A DNA stretch of 64,000 nt from Eledone cirrhosa (Eukaryota): the NCBI GenBank assembly GCA_964016885.1, contig OZ024741.1, positions 127,658,001 through 127,722,000 of the forward strand, written 5' to 3'. Under the pieces are notes generated by a model. It saw nothing but the letters and a program-made list of their open reading frames with translations, was not told where the DNA came from and made no database searches. Below, piece after piece: positions 54,741 to 64,000 of this stretch; positions within the stretch are counted from its first letter, which is position 1; each line of letters begins with the position of its first letter. The position numbers and the translations under genes were made by a program.

Positions 54741-54929
54741 TACACAGACCTACCAAGTTAAACAAATCAAGTTTAGCTCTCTACAAGCTGTGCCACAAAA
54801 AAGCTTATATAAAATGTAACTATTACAACAAAGGAGATCGAACACGTATCCTTTATTTGAATTTTTTTTTTTCGTTTTCATGAATAACTGTCCGTGCAAA
54901 AAACAATAAGTTTTGACTGGTGTGTGGGG

Positions 54930-55032
54930 TGTGTGTGTGTGTGTAGTATCACACTATCCTCCCACCACTGTCATGTCATGTCATGTCATCTACTAGCACT
55001 ACTGCTACCACCACAATCACTACTAACACCAC

Positions 55033-55089
<57 letters not shown>

Positions 55090-55130
55090 GTTATGGCAGT
55101 GGTGTCAGTAGTAAAAGTGGTGGGAGGATA

Positions 55131-55197
<67 letters not shown>

Positions 55198-55200
55198 TAC
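54930..55200. repeat. Microsatellite cluster (GT)n/(AT)n/(CA)n containing an inverted repeat
   Basis: (AT)n at about 55036-55076 and 55132-55186. Perfect 17-bp inverted repeat at 54953-54969 / 55116-55132. Confidence 0.9.
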
Positions 55201-55364
55201 ATACATCATTACTACTATATATATATGTACTTGAAGCAGCAGTGGAATATTTTCCATAACTCTCTAAGTGATTTCAAAGAGGATAACGGCAAGAAGAAGC
55301 AGACGACCAGCGCCATCATAGGAAACGTGGTATAAATACTTCTCTCGGGTTTTGGCCGTTTGAC

Positions 55365-55601
55365 ATGTATTCAGTGATGTTAACTTTTCCTCAACTGACC
55401 AACATCTACGCCCACGAAAAGGACGTTCTCTTTTACACCATAGCTTGTGTTCTATTTTTCTCTATGGTGTTATTATCGTCCTGTGTTTGGTACAAAAGGC
55501 GAAATGCGCGTAGGATGGCGGAAGAAAGAATTGGTCTAACAGAGTTTACAGTCAGTCCTGCAACTTCCAGAAGGAACCCAGTCACGTCACCAAAGAAATA
55601 A
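55365..55601 (+). CDS. Candidate small single-pass membrane protein (78 aa)
   Basis: ATG-initiated, non-repetitive ORF with one hydrophobic stretch (VLFYTIACVLFFSMVLLSSCVWY) followed by basic KRRNARR and an S/T-P tail. No homology recognised. Confidence 0.45.
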   Translation: MYSVMLTFPQLTNIYAHEKDVLFYTIACVLFFSMVLLSSCVWYKRRNARRMAEERIGLTEFTVSPATSRRNPVTSPKK

Positions 55602-56031
55602 CTGCAAGGAAGGATGGTGAATGATAATGACCTTTTTATGGATTTAAGAAATAATTATATATTTGTGAAGCTAGGACATGGCGGATTGTTAATTCTGGAT
55701 TATGTACCGTCAATTGCCACATCATTTAATACGATTACTTATCAACGAAAAAAAAAAAAAAAAAAAAAAAAAAAATGCAGTGGGATTAGAAACTAAGAAA
55801 GAAGACATGCATTTCTACATTACTTTAAAATTAATGTTTACCTATTTATTGTGTTACTAACCAGTAACTTCCCTCTACAAGAAACGTAACTCGGATATAA
55901 TATAACGTTACCTTCAGTTTATTTGGATGAACAGACACTCCTTAAATACTACGGCTGTGAGAGACCTATCTTGTTGATATATCCTTTACTTTAACCTCAA
56001 CTGTGCAATTTGGGTAGACTTTATTTTAAAA

Positions 56032-56257
56032 GGCTGGTGCTGGTGGATTGGCAGTATCGGTAGAGCGTCATACACCATGCTTTGCAGTATAGTTATGACC
56101 CTTTACGTTCTGAGTTCAAAAACCGCCGAGGTTAACTTTGCCTTTCATCCTTACGGGGTCGATAAAATAAAGCACCAGTAACACACTAGGGTCAATTTAA
56201 TCGGCTTTTCCCCTCCCCCAAATTGTTGACCTTGTGCCTAAATCAGAAACCAATATT
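56032..56257 (+). mobile_element. tRNA-derived SINE, family A (most complete copy)
   Basis: A-box TGGCAGTATCGG, B-box GAGTTCAAAAACC, conserved body, and 3' end GACCTTGTGCCTAAATCAGAAAC. Confidence 0.88.
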
Positions 56258-56738
56258 TTAAAGGACGTAACAAACAAACAAAAAAAAATTATCTTCAAAC
56301 TGCTTCGGAGTGGGGGGGAGAAAAAAAAAATCGCTTGAAGACGTTCTGCTGTTCAGATCTTCTGAGAGTTTCTTACTACTGAACTTGTTAACCTATTAAG
56401 TCTATCGTTTGCCAAATGCATCGTCCCGTTATTTTAAAACTCGTGAAAAACGATTGTATTTCCCTCCACCATTTCCTGTTCTTTAATACAATTTTTTTTC
56501 TCTATAGTTGACATTTTCTCATGACTAAATCTGTGCTTGTGCACCTTTCAAATAGCCACTCTTATATGGCTCTGTTATCTTTAAAAAAATGTGAGGAATT
56601 TGTTTAATTTAACCTCTACGTCACCCATTGAAACAGAAATTAGAATATCTACGTTTTTATATCTTTAGTTAAAAAAAAAAAAAAAGTTGTGGAAAATTGA
56701 ACATTTATTGAACTCCTGATCGAAGTTTTAGTAACTTC

Positions 56739-56774
<36 letters not shown>

Positions 56775-57685
56775 GTTGTTAAAAAACTGGATAAGAGAAA
56801 AGTGGGATTGAACATTTAAAAAAAAAATGTATTTTTCTTACTTAATTTAATGGTGTGATTTATTGGCAGAACCTAACCAGACTTTAATCATGAATCGGGC
56901 TAGACGAAACTAAAGTGTAATGGTATAATTAAGTCGACTCTACATAATTGTATCGGATGGGTTAACGATAAAGTTGACCTTTGTGGTAGAGGGAGCGTTA
57001 TCAACTGCGACTACCATTTGTGGTGAACACGATGGTGATCCGCCACATTATCTCGTCTCATCACAGCTCTAAGTTTCTCAGTCATGATACCGCTGTCTTA
57101 TATCGGGCTCTTGCCCATTATTTTTTAGGACCTCTGTTTCATCTTATGAATCGGTTTCCAGATGAAAGGTTGGTCGATGTCCCAGACAGTGCCTGGTTAG
57201 TCCCAGTTGTTTTTTGTTCTCTTGTTTCGTTAGTCTGTGTCAAACTAACACTGAAGGCCATCTGAAGCATTAGGATATAGCAGCTATCGAGGGCAATGAA
57301 CTTGGTTCAAATTTCACACATGTTAAGGGAGTGTTGTTCCAATTACTGCTTTAAAGAATCTAAGATTCTCTGGAAAGGATGTAAGTACAGATATTTTCCT
57401 TACCATTGGGCGCTTTCAGGCAAGGCTTTAACTTCCCATGAATGATCCGAAGTACTTGACGTCAGGCTTGCTGGGTATAGGAATCTGTACTGGCCTTGAA
57501 CAGCTTATGGTCAGCTCCGTCGGTCATGTTGGTATTCTTTGAATTGAAGTATAGCCCAATGTTTCATTTGGTTTTTACTCTTGGCATTAGGGTTTGAAGT
57601 ATACCACTAGTCACATGAACCCCCCCCCCCCCCCCCCCCCCTTCCTCTATTTCTGTGCCTGCCAGTTGTACTGGTTCTGTGCTGG

Positions 57686-57722
<37 letters not shown>

Positions 57723-58198
57723 CAGTGAATATGTAGCCCAAACGTCGAAGTTGTTGCTTGTATCAATGTTTTCTTGATATTAACTTTGAGACAAATGTCT
57801 GGTTGTTGGAAAATTCCAGGTCCTCCAGTCGCGTGAAGCACTCTTTAATCTGTTATGAGAGCCAAGCTGCACAAGCGTCTGAATTATTTCTAGTTAATTG
57901 GTACTCTAATCTGACAATTCTTGTTTAAAGTTTCCACGTTCACTCACCCCAAATCCACTGGATTTTTCATACCATTGTTTTCTTGGACATTTGCGATGAA
58001 ATCGTTTTGTTTCATTAATGTTGAGTGATTTGAATTACCTTAAGCTACATAAATTTGCTGGTGTGTTATATACCTATGTACAACATACATCTTGGACTTT
58101 ACTATAGCCTACTAATGTCTTTGTATAATTACACTTTCTCCAGCTGTCCGATGCCCCAATCAGCTGCCCAGAAAAATTAAATCAGTTATTAGTATTAA

Positions 58199-60352
58199 GG
58201 CAGTGGGTTGCCAGCGCCGGTCACTCCACCCAATTGTCGATTGCACTGGTACGCCCAAGCTGTCGCAGCAGGAACACATTCTCACTGCAACTGTCAGCAT
58301 CAATGAATCCTCTTTGGGCAGGGTTCGGTGGGGTTACCTGAAACATTCTTTTGGAGAGAAGCCTGGTGTATAGACGATACACGACAGAACCTATCGTCAG
58401 GGGTCTCCAATTGAATAGGTCATACGGATTGTCCATCTTGCGAATCGGGACAGACCTACGAAGTTTCAAGATATCGGGTACCTTCCCAACCAGCTGCATG
58501 CTTTTGAAAAGGTTCACCAGAGTAGCAGGGGATTGCGCGGACCTGTCGGTGTCATTCCGTCGAGACCCGGAGCCGAAGTGGTTCTCATACACCAACGTGC
58601 GCCTACAACCTCAAACGTGGTAAACGGACGCAAAAGCGGTGCGTTGTCCATCAGTTCCGTTGCAGGATACGCACTGAGATCCACATCCGGTTCCTGGTGA
58701 GAAAACCTGCCCGAATAGATCGACTCGATGTCGATCATATGGTTAGGGCACACGCCCTGTTTTTCCTCCCCTAAAATTACTGCAAGGAGCTTCTTCCTAT
58801 CGCGGTCGGATAAATACTGGTAGCGAGCGTAGAGCGCACTCTTTCTACCAGATTTCTTGTAGGGCCTTTTACGTCCACTCTTTTCACGGAGTTAGCACGT
58901 CTCCTGCGCGAGCGAATGTCCCCTAACCATCCATCAACACACTCCGCGGACGTACCCCAACCCTTGTCCGTGACTTCATCACAAAATGTGGTGAGGCATT
59001 CAGCAAAGGCAGCGGACCATCGAGAGCTACCCGGTTCCACCGCATTGCCAAATGAGTTCCTCTAATCGGAATCGGAGGCTGCCGGAGAGATCGTTCCACT
59101 CATCTGGTCAGGCGGCCGCATGTCAGCCGATCTACTTGCGCGGGTAGGGAACCGTTTGTTGCACCTCCTTTTATTCAGATCACTCCTCTTGGAACTAATC
59201 TGCTTTACGGTCTTTCCAGGCAGGAACAGAGCGATACCTACGTTGACGCGACGGCACCCCACTTTGAGGTGTTCTCCCTCCTTTTCAAGAAGGATCGCAA
59301 CCTCCTCCTCGGACCAACGGTCCCTGCCAACTCAAATGTCGAACTGCAGCCGTCTCTCGAGAGGCTGCTGCCGCATGAATAGCACGCTTCCGCTCGATTT
59401 TCGCGGCGTGTTTCGCAATCCTGAGGCGATTGGCAAACGCAGGATGCTGGTGTCTTTCATTCTGTGATCTTCCGGTGATAGTGCGAAAAGTACGGTTACA
59501 TTCCCTACATTTATGGCTTAGGGCCAAGGCGGCGGAAGAGTTGTCCCATCTCCTGCCATACATCGGTCAGAGTGGACCCCGAGAGAATGAAGGTGACCAC
59601 TCTCCCTACCACATTTGGAACCTCTGAATATCAGTTTTCGCCCATGCCGATGTAACAAATGTTCCGCCCAACCAGACGGGCCAGAGAAGTGACACGAACA
59701 GTGAGAGCAAAACATGACGCTTTTACAAGGTATTTCGAGGCAATCCTCCCCCACAAAGGGAACGCCGACCTCATTGACAGTCCACGGGGTCTCGCGCCCA
59801 CTGCGAGGGAAGCTGCTTGCCCGTCAACAAGATGTGCGTACCGTAATCCAGAGTAAACTTATCCGGGACACATACGAATAGTTATTGTCGGTAACAGAAT
59901 CTTTCGGTAGTCCATTTCCAGTGAGTTGACACTAGTACGAGGGACATGGCCCGACTCGATGTCAGCCCTCGGAGATGATTTCCACTTGCTTCAGCGGGCC
60001 ATTACAGCACTCTGCGGCAGGCTAGAGAAGCTCACCCCATCTTCCCTAGTCACTGGCTTTTCGGCTCCCAGCCGAATGCATTTATTATTACTTTTCATAC
60101 ATGAATGCGATACGCCTTAGTTCGTCCTTAAGTGGTAGACCACCCGAGAATGGTTGAACCTGCCAAGACACCGATCACCACCGAGAAAAGAAAAAAGACG
60201 ATGCGTTCTGAGTTCAAATCCCGCCGAAGTTAGTTTTTCCATTCATCCTTACGAGGTCGATAAAAGTACTAGTAATGCACTGGGACCGATTTAATCGACT
60301 TTCTCCTCTCCTCAAAATTATTGACCATGTATCTAAATCAGAAACCATTATT
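58199..60352 (+). mobile_element. Family A SINE split into head (58199-58221) and body (60204-60352) by the R2-like fragment
   Basis: The head GGCAGTGGGTTGCCAGCGCCGGT matches other SINE heads. The body resumes at CGTTCTGAGTTCAAATCC. TSD-like flanks TTATTAGTATTAA / TTATTACTATTGA. Confidence 0.7.
58222..60203 (-). mobile_element. R2-lineage non-LTR element fragment (5' UTR, 3 Zn fingers, Myb, RT start); 3' half missing, multiple frameshifts
   Basis: Fingers CSHC..HLLHRH, (C>G)SKC..H..C and CRECNRTF..(H>N)ERHQH. Myb WSEEEVAILL...VNVGIALFLPGKTVKQISSKR. RT start SAPGLDG, SVPIRK, NWRPLTIGSVVYRLY, QRGF, CSENVFLL. Confidence 0.8.
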
Positions 60353-60634
60353 ACTATTGATAGGTTTTAATAAAATCTGTTCACGCAAAACCATTCCGGT
60401 TGTATCTTAGTTCCGGGCCAGTGGTCCTCCTTATTCGGCTGAGGAGTATCCTATTGTATATTTTTGAGATACAAGTAAGACCCATACCATCCCAGTTTGT
60501 TTTGGTACATGATCTGACTATGAGAATAGAAATTGTACCCGAGAGAATCCTTGTTCCAGCTTGATACTCCTCCTCCGTGGTGTTGCAAATGTTTAGCAAT
60601 ATCTCATTTATGACAGGCTTCTTTAAAGTCGATG

Positions 60635-60842
60635 GATAGGCAGTCGTTAAAGCGCTAAACAAAATATTTTGCATTAATTGCTCCAGTTCTTTACGTTCTG
60701 AGTTCAAATCTAGTCGGAGTTGACTTTCATCCTTCAGAAGTTGATAAAATAAAGTAAGAGTTAAATACTTGGGTCAATTAAATGAACTTGTTTGCTCCCC
60801 ACAAATTGTTGACCTTGTGCCAAAAATTAGAAACGATTATTA
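60635..60842 (+). mobile_element. tRNA-derived SINE, family A (degenerate)
   Basis: TTTACGTTCTGAGTTCAAATC...CTTTCATCCTT...GATAAAATAAAGTA...GACCTTGTGCC...AGAAAC. Confidence 0.75.
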
Positions 60843-61102
60843 TATGCTTTGTTCATTACACGGTGTTGTCTTTTCCACATTACCAGCTTGTAACCTATAA
60901 TTCAGTGGGTCAAACACATTTCAGCCAATGGCCCCGTCTTGTTAACCCTTCCCAGCTCGTCTATCATGGAATATGCGTTTTATTTTGTCGCATCCCCGAA
61001 GAGTTGTTTTTTTTTTTTTTTCTTGGTATCTTTTGTATTTCTGGAAAATATGAATTCTCTCTATATATTTATCTTTCAATTGTTAAGCCTCTTAGTAAAC
61101 GC

Positions 61103-61138
<36 letters not shown>

Positions 61139-62525
61139 AGAATATGAAGACATTATACTAGAGGCATCAACTGATTAAAATTAATGGGGAAAGACAACTC
61201 TTGGGTTATGTTTTAGATTAACCATGTTTTAGAGATTAAAAAAATTAGACCTACATTTCAATCGCTGGATCTACGACAGAAATGAGTTGGATTCGAACTA
61301 AGAACTTAAAAAAAAAAATGAATAGTAGATAGCATCCTAAGATGAAAAATAAGGGGGTTGTGTTCGAATCTAGCTCAGCACAAAGTAGATATTCTGGAGT
61401 ATGACACTCGATGACAATAGAATTTGAAGTGAAGTCGAAAAGCTACGTAGATATAAAGACATAGCTGTATTTTAAGTTACTAATCTTGCAATGCTGTTAT
61501 AAACACTTATTTCATGTCGGATCTTTCCACATCCTCTGAAAAAGATTATCCTCCTTGCAACCCTCACAACCACTTATTGACTTCATTCAACGTTACTAGT
61601 CTCGTTAGTGGGGCTCTTAATAAATTGGAGTTTATAATGTATACAATATTGATCTATGTATGCAGTGCTGTTTTCTATGTATACTTATTGTCAAAAGCCT
61701 ATGCCCCAGACCCCTCACTCGGTCACAATAAGGATAGATCTAACCATGCCAAAATGTGAATATTCGGTTGTTTGGCCCCAATAAAGTAGACCTCAGGTTA
61801 GAGAAATCCAGTTATTTCTCTTACAATTTTACACTTAGCAATAAAACAAACTATTTAACGCCATATTTAAGAGAGTATGGTGTAATTTGAGAGGCTGACT
61901 GTTATTTCTAGCAAAGTGAGTCTATGTAGAGGCTTCATTAGTTCAGTTTTAAAATTGCTTTGTTTCAAGTAAAGTTGGAAATTTATTTAAATGCTTATAT
62001 ATAAAAACAGTAAAACGAGATAATACGTCACCCTGTCTAACACATCTGTCTGGCTCTTGTGGAGCTTCTGGTGGAAGCCACTCTATTTCCTGTGTTCAGA
62101 TTGAGTGACCAGTTTGAGGATAACGTCCTTTACTTCGAACCTCCCACCAATTAGCGGAAGTTCTGCAAAAATTCCAGGAGTTATACACTTCTTCGTCTAC
62201 ATAAGCAGAATACAATTGATAGATTCCCTTTTATTGAAGGGGCAAGATATTACCCTGGCATTGATATTTCTTACACGGAAGAGCTTTTCGTTCACGAGTA
62301 AAACTAAGTATTTCAACACTGAGTAAAAAGCTATATTAAAGTGAAACCGTCTTTTCTCTCTGAGTTCTCGTATGCAGATCCGTGTAAATTTGACAGAAGG
62401 TGAAAGTCAGTTATAACATGTAGGCGTCATTTCAAACGGCTCGTTAAGTATTTTGGTAATCACTGCTAAATTGATTTATGTATGGGTTACATGTTCGTGA
62501 TGTATTTTCATGTATCAGAACAGAA

Positions 62526-62557
<32 letters not shown>

Positions 62558-63554
62558 GCCCACTTAAAATCATAGTCCTATACCAACTGGTTCTCTTGTT
62601 CTGGTGTGCTCGCTAACAGTAAATTAGTAGCAGCAATATCATATGGTAGATCCAGTTGACAATGGGCGCAGATATAGCTGTATGACTAAGTTCTTTTCGA
62701 ATCTCCGTGGTTTTAGTTTCAAATCAACTGCACATCAACTTCAAGTGTCTTCAGTGAGAACGTGGAAGCTTATCAGATGGATTCTTCCTGTTCTTCAGTG
62801 TCGCACTTAATTCGTTTGTATGTTTAACTTCATCACCCGTTTTCTTGGCCGTATTTTAACGGAGACCACTTTGTTGAAAACATTCTGATCACGTCTCCTA
62901 TTTCAGGACATCTTTCTCCACAAGTTTCGTTGGTACTTTAAGGTCGCGGGCGATATCCTTCCACTTCTGACTTTTTTTTTCTTCTTCTTCTAGTCCCGTA
63001 ACACCTGATGGTGTCGTATGGGCACTATAGTGGAATATGCCGTTTCCAGAGCCTTTTTAAACCTGGCGGAACCCATCCTTCTCTAGGTCTCAGCAAATTT
63101 CTTCCAGAGAATGATAGAAAGTGAGAGGAAGTGAAGAAATTTAGAGGAAGAGTCGACCCCCACTATTAGACTGGTACTTTGGTTAATTTCTAGAACACCG
63201 CCCTCGGTTTCAGAGGGGATATTATTTTTCCTCTTGTTTTTTTCTTTTTCTTTCTTTAATTATTTTTTCCGTGTGCTATCAACTAATCTTACAAGATAGT
63301 CGCAATCGACTATTTAAATTTTTTTTTTCTCAATGACCCCCCCACCCCCGCCGCGAGTTATCAACGAATACGACCTCCAAATCAGTAGCTTTGTACAAAA
63401 AGAAGGGGGCGGAAAGACCATCGGAGTTTCACATCCTTTCCATTTGCCCGGAGAAAAAGTCGAATGCGAGCAACTTGGGTAAGTTGATAGCACACTTAAG
63501 AAAACTAGGAAAATATTTTTCTCCCACTGAAATCGAAAGGAGTGTTCTATAATA

Positions 63555-63697
63555 ATACCAGTACTTTTTTTTATTTATTTATTTTTTTTTATCGATCTCG
63601 AAAGGACGAAAGGCAAAGTTGACCCCGGTAGAGTTTGAGAGTAGAGAGCCGGAACGCATCCTAACCGATGTTCTAACGATTCTGCCAGTTTGACGCC
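63555..63697 (-). mobile_element. tRNA-derived SINE, family A (degenerate)
   Basis: TTTATCGATCTCGAAAGGACGAAAGGCAAAGTTGACCCCGG...GATTCTGCCAG. Confidence 0.7.
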
Positions 63698-64000
63698 TTT
63701 TCCACTTCTTACTAAACCGCAAAAACAAAAAAACAAAGATAAATCTTCTTTTCATCACACTGTAATTTTCTTTTGTGTAAATATGTTGCTGTATCAGATT
63801 TTGTGAACATTATTAAATAGAAATACACTCAGTTCTACTTGATCTTTTTTTTAATTTTTTTAAAAAGTTTTATTTTATTAATTTTGTTGTTTTAGAGTGG
63901 TGGAGGGGAGAGGTCTTTCATAGCAACATGTGTCAATCAACGTATAGGAAGAGGGTGACTTCGCCCCCACCTCACCCCCCTATCCGACCCTTACAGCAAC

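Larger units (their letters stand above)
57260..60630 (-). mobile_element. Ancient degraded RTE-like LINE RT region, interrupted by the SINE/R2 insertion
   Basis: Collinear minus-strand RT relics: LTCISKIYNRILLSRIR...RNGF (about 60381-60500), LEDLEFSNN (about 57803-57830, compare LEDLDFADD), IGLYFNSKNT (about 57530-57562) and DVKYFGS (about 57445-57465). Confidence 0.55.

Noticed and set aside
56032-56130. tRNA gene
   Set aside because: The A/B boxes belong to a multi-copy SINE head, and there is no intact cloverleaf.
59880-60200. HDV-like ribozyme or 28S target remnant in the R2-like 5' UTR
   Set aside because: Some hairpins and a TTAAGG are present, but I could not build a full P1/P1.1/P2/P3/P4 fold or an extended 28S match by eye. 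A covariance-model search would be needed.
60782-62326. Short ORFs in the AT-rich right flank
   Set aside because: They run through SINE remnants or homopolymer tracts and show no recognisable protein features.

Overview
Eukaryotic, repeat-dominated window, probably from an octopus or other cephalopod. That assignment is inferred from the tRNA-derived SINE families and was not checked by a search. Positions 1-50275 are a 48-bp satellite array (consensus about CTATAATGTGGTARTGCTGGTTCTACYACAAAATACACCCAGCCCACT, roughly 820-830 monomers) with kb-scale higher-order duplications. Three retroelements interrupt it: a 5'-truncated CR1/L2-group LINE (3447-4197), a full-length near-identical LINE (4535-9466; PHD-type ORF1, APE-RT ORF2) and a decayed Gypsy element of Mag type (41517-46399). 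The long satellite 'ORFs' are artefacts of a stop-free 48-bp period. The right 14 kb holds a third, older LINE copy, many SINEs, a nested RTE>SINE>R2-like cluster, a foldback and a candidate 78-aa single-pass membrane protein. The most notable observations are: (1) the young LINE has a doubled 3' end whose first copy carries a dense A-to-G cluster, resembling ADAR hyper-editing fixed by retrotransposition and rescued by a second intact tail; (2) ORF2 has no AUG and is reachable by a -1 slip at G_GGA_AAC just before the ORF1 stop; (3) both young LINE copies entered the same TATAA position of the monomer; (4) an R2-lineage element lies outside rDNA, inside a SINE head.
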